A stretch of DNA of 64,000 nt from Ruminiclostridium sp. Its GTDB lineage: Bacteria > Bacillota > Clostridia > Oscillospirales > Ruminococcaceae. Where the stretch lies: contig JAIKZF010000044.1 of the NCBI GenBank assembly GCA_024682455.1, positions 4,392 through 68,391 of the forward strand, written 5' to 3'. The notes under the pieces were generated by a model. The model did not search any database. It was not told the origin of the DNA and worked only from the letters and a program-made list of their open reading frames with translations. Below are positions 47,395-56,094 of this stretch, piece after piece; position 1 is the stretch's first letter; each line of letters begins with the position of its first letter. Made by a program: the position numbers and the translations under genes.

Positions 47395-49215
47395 ATGATG
47401 ACAAACAATCAGAACATCCTCAAGTGGTTTGAGGAAATGAAGGCTCTCTGTAAGCCCGACAAGGTAGTATGGATCGACGGCAGCGATGAGCAGCTCGCCG
47501 AGCTCCGTGAGGAGGCTTTCAAAACGGGTGAGATGATAAAGCTCAATCAGGAGAAGCTCCCGGGCTGCATCTATCACAGAACAAAGCCCAACGACGTTGC
47601 CCGTGTTGAGGACAGAACATTCATCTGCTCCCGCAGGAAGGAAGACGCGGGTCCGACCAACAACTGGATGGATCCCAAGGAAATGTACGCTATGCTGACC
47701 CCCATGTACGACGGCGTTATGAAGGGCAGAACGATGTACGTTATCCCTTATTCCATGGGTCCTATCGGTTCCTACATCGCAAAGACAGGTATCGAGCTCA
47801 CAGACTCCATTTATGTTGTTCTGAATATGGCTATAATGACAAGAATGGGCAAGAAGGTGCTCGAAGCGTTCCCGGAGAACAGCAATGACTTCGTACGCGG
47901 CCTGCACTCGAAGGCAGACGTTGACCCCGAGAAGCGCTACATAGTGCAGTTCCCCGAGGACAACACGATCTGGTCGATAAACTCCGCTTACGGCGGAAAC
48001 GTTCTGCTCGGCAAGAAGTGCTTCGCTCTGCGTATCGCTTCCTATCAGGGAAAGAACGAGGGCTGGATGGCAGAGCATATGCTTATCCTCGGCGTAAAGA
48101 AGCCCGACGGCAAGATCGTATACATCTCCGCCGCGTTCCCGTCAGCCTGCGGCAAGACGAACCTTGCTATGCTTATCCCGCCCGAGGGATATAAGAAGAA
48201 GGGCTATCAGGTATTCACGGTCGGCGACGATATCGCCTGGATGAAGCCCGGCAAGGACGGCAGACTCTACGCTATCAACCCCGAGAACGGTTTCTTCGGC
48301 GTAGCTCCCGGAACCAACGCGAAGTCCAACTTCAACGCTCTCGAATCCACCAAGAAGAACGCTATCTTCACAAACGTTGCTATCAATAAGGACGATATGA
48401 CAGTATGGTGGGAGGGTCTTGACAAGAACCCGCCGGAGAACGCTCAGGAATGGACGGGTATCGACTGCAACGGTAAGGAATGGACAGCGACGATCGACGA
48501 AAAGACCGGCAAGAAGAAGGTACTTGCTCACCCGAACAGCCGCTTCACGGCTCCCGCGGTGAACTGCCCGTGCCTGTCCTCCGAGTTCAACAATCCTGAC
48601 GGCGTGCCGATCTCCGCTATGATATTCGGCGGCAGACGCGCTTCCACAACCCCGCTGGTATATCAGTCCTTTGACTGGACTCACGGAACATACGTAGGCT
48701 CCGCGGTATCCTCCGAGACAACGGCTGCGGCTACAGGCGCGGTAGGCGTGCTCCGTCACGATCCTATGGCTATGAAGCCCTTCATCGGCTACAATGTAGG
48801 CGATTACTGGAATCACTGGCTCGAAATGGGCGAGAAGCTCGGCGACAAGGCTCCGAAGATCTTCAACGTAAACTGGTTCAGACAGGACGAGAACGGCAAC
48901 TTCATGTGGCCGGGCTTCGGCGATAACATGAGAGTCCTCGACTGGATCATCGACCGCTGCGAGGGAACCGTTGACGCGGTAGAAACTCCTATCGGCTACG
49001 TTCCGAAGCCCGAGGATATCAATATCGAGGGTCTTGAGGGCGAGGTATCTCTCGATACCGTAAAGCACCTCGTTGAGGTAGACAAGGATCTCTGGAAGAA
49101 GGAGATCAAGGAAATGCGCAGATACTATGACGAGGACATCAAGGCCAAGGGCGGCAATATCCCGCAGGCTCTCTATGATGAGCTCGACAAGATCGAAGCA
49201 AGACTTGATAAATAA
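47395..49215 (+). CDS. pckG: phosphoenolpyruvate carboxykinase (GTP)
   Basis: DVARVE, GKKCFALR, FPSACGKTN, VGDDIAW, NPENGFFG, HPNSRF. Confidence 0.96.
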   Translation: MMTNNQNILKWFEEMKALCKPDKVVWIDGSDEQLAELREEAFKTGEMIKLNQEKLPGCIYHRTKPNDVARVEDRTFICSRRKEDAGPTNNWMDPKEMYAMLTPMYDGVMKGRTMYVIPYSMGPIGSYIAKTGIELTDSIYVVLNMAIMTRMGKKVLEAFPENSNDFVRGLHSKADVDPEKRYIVQFPEDNTIWSINSAYGGNVLLGKKCFALRIASYQGKNEGWMAEHMLILGVKKPDGKIVYISAAFPSACGKTNLAMLIPPEGYKKKGYQVFTVGDDIAWMKPGKDGRLYAINPENGFFGVAPGTNAKSNFNALESTKKNAIFTNVAINKDDMTVWWEGLDKNPPENAQEWTGIDCNGKEWTATIDEKTGKKKVLAHPNSRFTAPAVNCPCLSSEFNNPDGVPISAMIFGGRRASTTPLVYQSFDWTHGTYVGSAVSSETTAAATGAVGVLRHDPMAMKPFIGYNVGDYWNHWLEMGEKLGDKAPKIFNVNWFRQDENGNFMWPGFGDNMRVLDWIIDRCEGTVDAVETPIGYVPKPEDINIEGLEGEVSLDTVKHLVEVDKDLWKKEIKEMRRYYDEDIKAKGGNIPQALYDELDKIEARLDK

Positions 49216-49236
49216 TCTGTTGATAATATGAGGCTG

Positions 49237-49274
49237 ATCTGCCCCTTTTGGTGACAAAAGGGGCAGATTATTTT
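49237..49274 (+). terminator. intrinsic terminator
   Basis: ATCTGCCCCTTTTG-GTGA-CAAAAGGGGCAGAT followed by TATTTT. Confidence 0.9.
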
Positions 49275-49284
49275 AATTTTGCTG

Positions 49285-49346
49285 TTGACAAAACCGAACA
49301 ATTCTGCTATAATGTAAAAATGAAATTGAAAACCGATTTCAAATTC
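49285..49346 (+). promoter_or_regulatory. consensus sigma-A promoter plus Fur/Zur-box-like operator
   Basis: TTGACA(49285-49290)-17-TATAAT(49308-49313) with TGn; inverted repeat GAAATTGAAA-ACCGA-TTTCAAATTC (49322-49346) just after the predicted +1. Confidence 0.8.
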
Positions 49347-49364
49347 ACCGAAGGGAGAACCGCC

Positions 49365-49763
49365 GTGGCAACATATAAGACCGCAAGACGTGAAAGCCTG
49401 CTTGAATTTCTGAAAAACCATCCCAAAAGCTCGTTTACCGTTAGGGAGATAGTGTCCGAAATGGAGAAGCACCCCGAAACGCAGAATCTGACCTCGGGGA
49501 GCACGATATACAGACTGCTCCGTGAGCTGGAGCACGCCGGTACGGTAACGCGGACGATAGACCCCGAGAACAGGGAATACGTATATACGCTTACCCCGGA
49601 CGGAGAACCCCCGGTAAATATGCGCTGCAAGGTCTGCGGCAAGGTGTACAGCGCCGACAGTGAGACGAGCCGCCGGATAAAGGAAGATATCGCGGGCTGC
49701 GGAGACGTTGCTCCCGGCGATGAGATAGAGCTTCTTGTGAAGTGCAAGAAATGCAGAAGCTGA
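49365..49763 (+). CDS. Fur-family (Zur-like) transcriptional regulator
   Basis: GGGAG RBS + GTG; STIYRLL wHTH; CKVC and CKKC structural Zn motifs; heads a zinc ABC operon. Confidence 0.8.
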   Translation: MATYKTARRESLLEFLKNHPKSSFTVREIVSEMEKHPETQNLTSGSTIYRLLRELEHAGTVTRTIDPENREYVYTLTPDGEPPVNMRCKVCGKVYSADSETSRRIKEDIAGCGDVAPGDEIELLVKCKKCRS

Positions 49764-49765
49764 AT

Positions 49766-50071
49766 ATGATGATGCCGGGTAAAAAGCGTTTTTTATTGAA
49801 GATGATCGTGATATGCGTATGCTGCGCGGTGCTGTGCCTCTTTCTGTTCGTTACGGTGTCCGCGGATCACGAATGCACTCACGGCGACGACTGCGGGGTC
49901 TGCCGCGTAATAGCCTGCTGCGTCAGGATCATATCGGAGATCTGTACGGCTGTCGTTTATACGGCTGCTGCCGCGGTAACTGTCACGGCGGCGTCTGCTT
50001 TTATCACCGGCGCTTTCCGCAAGCGCTGCGCGGTAACGCCTGTAACACTTAGAACGGAGCTTCGTGATTAG
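49766..50071 (+). CDS. small Cys/His-rich membrane protein
   Basis: TM, ADHECTHGDDCGVCRVIACC, second hydrophobic segment, TPVTLRTELRD end; lies between the regulator and the Zn-binding lipoprotein. Confidence 0.7.
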   Translation: MMMPGKKRFLLKMIVICVCCAVLCLFLFVTVSADHECTHGDDCGVCRVIACCVRIISEICTAVVYTAAAAVTVTAASAFITGAFRKRCAVTPVTLRTELRD

Positions 50072-50129
50072 CAAGCTTTTTCTTTCACGAAACGAAAAAG
50101 CAGTATCTTATCACGGAGGTAATTGATTT

Positions 50130-51125
50130 ATGAACAAAACCAAGCTTATATCGTTTATTGGAGCGCTCGCGCTCATTGTGGCGGGAGTTTCCGCCTGCGG
50201 ACAGACTGCGGCGGCGGTAAATACCGGTACTACCGACAGGCTGAAAATAGTCTGCACTATATTCCCGGAATATGACTGGGTAAAACAGATAATGGGAGAC
50301 AGGGCGGCTGACGCTGATATAACCTACCTGCTCGGCAGCGGGACGGATATGCACAATTTTCAGCCCACAGCCGATGACATAATAAAGATATGCGACTGCG
50401 ACCTGCTCATGTACGTAGGAGGCGAGTCCGACAGCTGGGTGGACGACGCGGTCGGAAACGCGCAGAACGCCGATATGCAGACCCTCAGCCTGCTCAAAGC
50501 CGTGGGCGATTCCGCGAAAGCCGAGGAGCTGAAGGAGGGCATGGAGCATGAGGAAGAAGACCATGACCATGAGGACGAAGAAGAGATCGAGTACGATGAA
50601 CACGTTTGGCTCTCCGTAAGGAACGCGAAGCTGATATGCGGGCAGATCGCCGACAAGCTCTGCGCCCTTGACGCGAAAAACGCCGAGACATACAGAGCGA
50701 ATCTGGCGGCGTACTCAGCGGAGCTCGACAAGCTCGACAGCGACTTCAAGGCGGTGATATCGGAGGCTCCGGTAAAGACTGTGGTGTTCGGCGACAGATT
50801 CCCGTTCCGCTACTTTATCGACGACTACGGGCTCGATTACTACGCGGCGTTCGCAGGCTGCTCGGCAGAGACCGAGGCGAGCTTCGAGACGATAGTGTTC
50901 CTCGCGAACAAGGTCGACGAGCTTGGCGTAAAGACGATATACACGATAGAAAACTCCGACGGCTCAATAGCCCGGACAATAATAAACAGCACCAAAAACA
51001 AGGATCAGAGCATAGCCGTACTGAACTCGATACAGTCGGTGAAAAGCTCCGATGCCGACGCGGGCGCGACCTATATCTCGCTTATGTGCGGGAACCTTGC
51101 GGTGCTCGGTGATACTCTGAAATAA
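50130..51125 (+). CDS. znuA: zinc ABC transporter substrate-binding lipoprotein
   Basis: Lipobox VSAC; DMHNFQPT, His/Glu-rich loop, DEHVWLS. Confidence 0.9.
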   Translation: MNKTKLISFIGALALIVAGVSACGQTAAAVNTGTTDRLKIVCTIFPEYDWVKQIMGDRAADADITYLLGSGTDMHNFQPTADDIIKICDCDLLMYVGGESDSWVDDAVGNAQNADMQTLSLLKAVGDSAKAEELKEGMEHEEEDHDHEDEEEIEYDEHVWLSVRNAKLICGQIADKLCALDAKNAETYRANLAAYSAELDKLDSDFKAVISEAPVKTVVFGDRFPFRYFIDDYGLDYYAAFAGCSAETEASFETIVFLANKVDELGVKTIYTIENSDGSIARTIINSTKNKDQSIAVLNSIQSVKSSDADAGATYISLMCGNLAVLGDTLK

Positions 51126-51140
51126 AGGAATGTGACATAA

Positions 51141-51860
51141 ATGGGGAATGTTCTGCATTGTCAGGATATAGTGCTGGGCTGGGAAGGCAGCGCCGTGGTG
51201 AGCGGGCTGAACTTCAACATATCCGAGGGCGATTATCTGTGCATACTCGGCGAGAACGGCTCGGGCAAGAGCACGCTGATAAAGGCGCTGCTCGGGCTGA
51301 ACAAGCCGATGTCGGGAATGATGATAAAGCCCGCCGATATGAAAGCCGGAGACATAGGCTATCTGCCGCAGCAGACTGCGGTGCAGAGAGATTTTCCCGC
51401 CTCGGTGCGCGAGATCGTGCTGTCCGGCTGTCTGCCGAAATGCGGTCTGAGGCCGTTTTACAACAAGGCTGAAAAGGAGCTTGCGCGAAGCACCATGGAG
51501 CGCCTCGGTATAGCGGAGCTGTCAAAGCGCTGCTACCGTGAGCTCTCCGGCGGTCAGCAGCAGCGCGTGCTCATAGCCAGAGCTCTTTGCGCGGCGCAGA
51601 AGGTGCTGCTGCTCGACGAGCCGGTGACAGGTCTCGACCCCAAGGCTCAGCTCGACCTCTATGACCTTATCGCGGAGCTGAACAAGAGCGGCGTGACGAT
51701 AATAATGGTCTCTCACGATTTCGCGGCGGCGGTGAAGTACGCGTCCCATATCCTGCATATCGGCGCGCGGCATCAGCTTTTCTTCGGCACGACCGCCGAC
51801 TATTTGTCAAGTGATGTCGGAAAGCTCTTTGAAGAAAAGGCGGTGAGCGAAAATGAGTGA
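51141..51860 (+). CDS. znuC: zinc ABC transporter ATP-binding protein
   Basis: GENGSGKST, LSGGQQQR, LLLDEP, SHD. Confidence 0.9.
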   Translation: MGNVLHCQDIVLGWEGSAVVSGLNFNISEGDYLCILGENGSGKSTLIKALLGLNKPMSGMMIKPADMKAGDIGYLPQQTAVQRDFPASVREIVLSGCLPKCGLRPFYNKAEKELARSTMERLGIAELSKRCYRELSGGQQQRVLIARALCAAQKVLLLDEPVTGLDPKAQLDLYDLIAELNKSGVTIIMVSHDFAAAVKYASHILHIGARHQLFFGTTADYLSSDVGKLFEEKAVSENE

Positions 51861-52707
51861 TTTCGCGGCAAAGCTGCAGTTATATTTCAGCTATCCCTTC
51901 GTATGGTACGCTCTGATAGTCGGACTGCTGATAGCGCTGTGCTCCTCGCTGCTGGGGGTCACGCTGGTGCTTAAGCGCTTCTCCTACATCGGCGACGGGC
52001 TTTCCCACGTAGCCTTCGGAGCTATGGCGATAGCGGGCATTCTGGGGCTCACGAACAATATGTACATCGTGCTGCCGATAACGCTGATATCGGCTGTTCT
52101 GCTGCTCAGAACGGGGCAGAACTCAAAGATAAACGGCGACGCGGCGATAGCGATGATCTCGGTGGGAGCTCTCGCGGTGGGCTATATGCTGATGAACCTG
52201 TTCCCCTCGTCGGCGAACATTTCCGGCGACGTCTGCACGACCCTGTTCGGCTCGACCTCGATACTGACGCTGAAACCCGCGGACGTGATCATCTGCATAA
52301 TTATGTCGGTCATAGTCATAGCCGTGTTCCTGCTGTTTTATCATAAGATATTCGCAGTCACCTTCGACGAGAACTTCATAAAGGCGGCGGGCGTGAAGGC
52401 GGAGGGCTACAATCTGCTGATAGCGATAATAACCGCGCTTATCATCGTGCTTGCGATGAATCTTGTGGGCTCGCTGCTGATATCGGCGCTGATAATATTC
52501 CCGGCGCTGTCGGCTATGCGGGTGTTCCGCAGCTTCAAGCGTGTCATCGTCTGTTCGGCTGTCATTTCCGTGTTCTGCGCGGGCACGGGCATATTCACGT
52601 CCATAATGGCGGGAACTCCGGTAGGCTCGACTATCGTAGTCACCGATATCGCGGTATTTTTCATATTCTGTATAGCGTCTCTGTTCACAAGGGGGAAGGC
52701 AAAATGA
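51853..52707 (+). CDS. znuB: zinc ABC transporter permease
   Basis: GDGLSHVAF, LFGS, TFDE, VGSLLISAL. Confidence 0.9.
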   Translation: MSDFAAKLQLYFSYPFVWYALIVGLLIALCSSLLGVTLVLKRFSYIGDGLSHVAFGAMAIAGILGLTNNMYIVLPITLISAVLLLRTGQNSKINGDAAIAMISVGALAVGYMLMNLFPSSANISGDVCTTLFGSTSILTLKPADVIICIIMSVIVIAVFLLFYHKIFAVTFDENFIKAAGVKAEGYNLLIAIITALIIVLAMNLVGSLLISALIIFPALSAMRVFRSFKRVIVCSAVISVFCAGTGIFTSIMAGTPVGSTIVVTDIAVFFIFCIASLFTRGKAK

Positions 52708-53282
52708 AAAGAACATCGGGTTTCGCGGCGCTGCTGATGAGCGCGGCTGTACTGGGCTCCTGCGCGCAGCAGCCGAAGGCTCCGGACAGCCCCGACGCCC
52801 TTATAAGCAATATAATGAGCGAGGCTGCCGCGGCGCAGACAACAAAGTCACCGCAGACATCGGAGACTTCGCAGACGACGCAGCCTCCGCAGACCGCAGC
52901 TGCTTCGGAGCAAGCCTCCGCAGGAGCCGGCTCGGAGGTCGATCTTGATCTGACGGTAATGAACTCGACGATGATATATTCTATCATTTACGATATCATG
53001 GTGAACCCGGACAATTACTACGGCAAGAGCCTCATGGTGGACGGCTATTTCGATACGATGACGGACGACGCGCTGGGTACGCGCTACTTTTTCGTGGTTG
53101 TGCCGGACGCGACAGCCTGCTGTGTGCAGGGGCTGGAATTCATACTCCCGGGGAAGGGCACCTATCCCGACGATTACCCCGCAGTACAGGCGGATATACG
53201 CGTTCGCGGAGTGCTCGACCGGTATGAGGAACAGGGTCAGTACTATTCCTACATCAAGGCTGATTCCGTTACGACGTTGTGA
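52704..53282 (+). CDS. lipoprotein with ACC motif (metal-uptake accessory, OB-fold-like)
   Basis: Lipobox LGSC; Q/T linker; PDNYYGK...DATACCVQGLEF...IRVRGVL; translationally coupled to the permease. Confidence 0.7.
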   Translation: MKRTSGFAALLMSAAVLGSCAQQPKAPDSPDALISNIMSEAAAAQTTKSPQTSETSQTTQPPQTAAASEQASAGAGSEVDLDLTVMNSTMIYSIIYDIMVNPDNYYGKSLMVDGYFDTMTDDALGTRYFFVVVPDATACCVQGLEFILPGKGTYPDDYPAVQADIRVRGVLDRYEEQGQYYSYIKADSVTTL

Positions 53283-53298
53283 ACGATCATACAAAAAA

Positions 53299-53324
53299 AC
53301 CGCTCCCTTGACGAAGGGAGCGGT
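53299..53324. terminator. terminator hairpin, left copy of a 26-bp direct repeat
   Basis: ACCGCTCCCTTGACGAAGGGAGCGGT preceded by an A run. Confidence 0.85.
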
Positions 53325-53562
53325 CAGTCTGTCAAAAAGTGCGGTTTTTGGTTATTTATGTTTCTTTTACTATCAAAAGGAGCACTACCTACCACCGCTG
53401 CAAGGCGAAGCGGTTTGTTTTAGGGTCCGGCCCTTTTTTCAAAAGGTGGTCTCCCCGTTAGCGGGGAGGTGGAGTTTTTGGCTTTGCCAAAAACGGCAGA
53501 GGGGCTGACCGACAGACGGCCGCCGGAGGCACTCGAGCGTAAGCGGCTTCTTTGACACTCTC
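53325..53562. mobile_element. 238-bp non-autonomous MITE-like element (IS1182-like ends)
   Basis: Flanked by an exact 26-bp direct repeat; imperfect terminal inverted repeats CAGTCTGTCAAAAAG / GAGAGTGTCAAAGAA (reverse complement of the right end); no transposase. Confidence 0.75.
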
Positions 53563-53593
53563 ACCGCTCCCTTGACGAAGGGAGCGGTTTTTG
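53563..53593. terminator. terminator hairpin, right copy of the 26-bp direct repeat
   Basis: ACCGCTCCCTTGACGAAGGGAGCGGT followed by TTTT. Confidence 0.85.
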
Positions 53594-53627
53594 TTATGCT
53601 ATAAAACTATACCGCCGGGTCGAACGA

Positions 53628-55742
53628 TCAATCAGGTGACGCGGTCAGTTCCTCGCGCACGACGCCGTTGACATTTATGCGGTATTTGCCGCCGGAAACG
53701 GTAATGTCCGAAGTCTCGGGGATAAAGCAGTCCTCGTACTGGGTCGAGAGCTCGGCGGAGAGGTCGATATCGGCGGCTGTCAGGAAGGTGCGTCCGCTCA
53801 TACCGCCAAAAAGGAGAGCGTTCGCTCCCTCGCATTTGAGCCTTATGGCGGAGCGCTCCAGGCGAATGTCGGAATCATATTCGAGAGCTCCGAAGGTCGT
53901 GAGAAACTCGGCGCTCGTGGTAATATTTATGCTGACGCTCTCGGCGTTTATCGCGGCGCTTTTTCCGTCAAGAGTACCGAGCGCGGCGGTATGCAGACTG
54001 TGAGATTCGCACTTTATGCTGGAGTAGCGCACATTTATGCTCGCCTCGCCTTCAAGCGAGCCGATGACCGTGCTGCGCGCGCCGGAGGCGAACCCGTCAA
54101 AATCGCAGCCTATGATGTCGATATTCGCCGTGCCGCTGAACGCTCCCATGCAGACGTTCATGCTGCCCTCTGCGCGCAGCAGATATCTTCCGCGCGCCAC
54201 ACGTATCGTACCGCCCAGCCCGGAGCCTATGCAGACGCCGTCGTGGCTGTCGGCGGTTATGGAGATCGTGCCGTCCTGCTCGAACAGCAGCTCTCCGTGC
54301 GGCGACCTGAGATCGTTGCCTATGCCGAAGTAGCTGGCTCCGCCGAGCGATATGTCAAGGCTCCCCTTGCCGCGCATACATAGCTTTGATGATGCGGGGA
54401 CCCTTATGCCGCCGTTTTCGAGCTTGTTGCTGCCGCAGAGTATGATAGTGACGGAGCTGTCGGAACCGATATCGATGCACGGTCTGCCGGGAATGTTGGA
54501 AAGCACGGCAGAATCGAGACAAATAGTGCCGCGGAAGCTCTCGACGGTCTCGATGTGTATATTGGTCTCAAGATACTGCGAGCCCGTGACCGCGACATTG
54601 CCTTCAAGGTAGCCGTTGCCGATGATGATACGGTCATAGCCTTCTCTGTTAAGCTTGTCAAGAGCGACCCTCTCGCCGTCCTGAGCGCTGTATATCTTCA
54701 TGCGCTTGCCGTCGTCGCGCTCCTGCCTGTGCGAGCGTATCTCCGTGCGCAGATCGTAGGGCAGAGCCTGAATGATCTCGGAGGAGGGTCTCGCGGTATA
54801 GAAGCCCTGTATAAGATCCACACCGAGCAGTATCACGGTGCGCAGCTCTTCGGTGCTCTCAACGCCCTCCGCCAGCGCGAGGATATCGTTCTCGTGGCAG
54901 AAGTCGATTATCTCGCGGACGAAATGCTTCTTGTTCGGGTTATTTTCAATACCGCTCAGCAGGGTGCGGTCGATCTTCACGTAGTTCGGCTTATAGCGCA
55001 GCAGGTTGCTTATATTTGAGTAGCCTGTGCCGTAGTCGTCTATCGCGATACGCACTCCGAGGCGGCTGTACTTCTTCTTTATCTCGTTGAGCTCGTCGTC
55101 GTTGAATTCCGAGTTCTCGGTCATCTCCACCACGACCATGTCCGACAGCCGTTCGAGCATACGCTCTATCTCCGCCGAGCTCTCGCTTGCGACGCGAGTG
55201 CTTGGCATGCTGTTGATGAATACCGGTCTGTCTTCAAACAGTTCACGGTGCTTGTCGATGAAGCCGAGCACATTCAGGAACGTGTACTGCTCAACCTCGT
55301 CGAGTCTGTCCGTGAGCTCGGCGTATTTCAGGATATGGAACGGCGTGATGCCCTGCATATCTCCCGCGCGCATAAGAGCCTCATAGGAGTATATATCGCC
55401 CGTGTCCGCGCGCACGATAGGCTGGAAGTGATAGGTGAACAGATTGCAGTCGATAAGCTGCTGGACCTTCAGGATCTCGGCGTGTTCAGTCTCGGTCAGA
55501 ACGCTTTTGTTGCGCAGATCGGCCTTTTTGAGCTCCTCGCGCAGATAGACCACCTCGGATACTACCGCGTACACGTTCTTCCGCAGGTGCTCGAGCTCCT
55601 CGTCGTCCTCCGTTCCCGGAACAAGCAGCCTGAATTTACAGTTCAGTTCCTTAAGAGCCGCGCTGTCGTTTGTTACCTTTGCCCCTTCTATGTACTCATT
55701 GAGTATGGCAATTGTGTTGTTTTCGGACAATGTCCGCACCAC
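53628..55742 (-). CDS. EAL phosphodiesterase with long C-terminal Gly/Ile-rich beta-solenoid-like region
   Basis: HFQPIV, YEALMR, EMTE, IDDYGTGYS, KIDR, AEGVE, QGFY; C-terminal GIG/CIG/VIG-type repeats. Exact start uncertain. Confidence 0.85.
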   Translation of the reverse strand: MVRTLSENNTIAILNEYIEGAKVTNDSAALKELNCKFRLLVPGTEDDEELEHLRKNVYAVVSEVVYLREELKKADLRNKSVLTETEHAEILKVQQLIDCNLFTYHFQPIVRADTGDIYSYEALMRAGDMQGITPFHILKYAELTDRLDEVEQYTFLNVLGFIDKHRELFEDRPVFINSMPSTRVASESSAEIERMLERLSDMVVVEMTENSEFNDDELNEIKKKYSRLGVRIAIDDYGTGYSNISNLLRYKPNYVKIDRTLLSGIENNPNKKHFVREIIDFCHENDILALAEGVESTEELRTVILLGVDLIQGFYTARPSSEIIQALPYDLRTEIRSHRQERDDGKRMKIYSAQDGERVALDKLNREGYDRIIIGNGYLEGNVAVTGSQYLETNIHIETVESFRGTICLDSAVLSNIPGRPCIDIGSDSSVTIILCGSNKLENGGIRVPASSKLCMRGKGSLDISLGGASYFGIGNDLRSPHGELLFEQDGTISITADSHDGVCIGSGLGGTIRVARGRYLLRAEGSMNVCMGAFSGTANIDIIGCDFDGFASGARSTVIGSLEGEASINVRYSSIKCESHSLHTAALGTLDGKSAAINAESVSINITTSAEFLTTFGALEYDSDIRLERSAIRLKCEGANALLFGGMSGRTFLTAADIDLSAELSTQYEDCFIPETSDITVSGGKYRINVNGVVREELTASPD

Positions 55743-55761
55743 CCTTCGCTGTCCGATCCTG

Positions 55762-56094
55762 TTATTCGCTCTTGCAGCCCGCCGAGAAGAACGCGGAAAT
55801 GCTTTCGAGCACCCGGCTTTCGTCGGTTATGAAGCCGAAGCCTTTGAGTCTGCGCAGCTGTCTCTCGTCGCTGATATCAAATATCGCCCTGTCGATGCCT
55901 CTTGCCTCCGCGTACGCGAGAACGGTCCGCACAAGCCCGTCGTAATAAAGCTCGACCTCGCTGTCTAGCGCTGTTATCATAAGATCCCCGTCACCCGTGA
56001 GCACGGCTGTTATGCCGCCTACGCGTCTGCCGTCGTCCTTCATTATGTAGACCAGCTTATCGGCGATCTCGGGGTCTCTGAGTATCGTTATCAT
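55762..56094 (-). CDS. hypothetical protein (possible GNAT-like fold)
   Basis: Coupled to the rluB stop (ATGA), GGAGG RBS; LVRTVLAYAEARGI. Confidence 0.65.
   Translation of the reverse strand: MITILRDPEIADKLVYIMKDDGRRVGGITAVLTGDGDLMITALDSEVELYYDGLVRTVLAYAEARGIDRAIFDISDERQLRRLKGFGFITDESRVLESISAFFSAGCKSE

Noticed and set aside
53098-53508. 136-aa ORF running into the MITE, possible transposase remnant
   Set aside because: No DDE or HUH motif; starts out of frame inside the lipoprotein gene.
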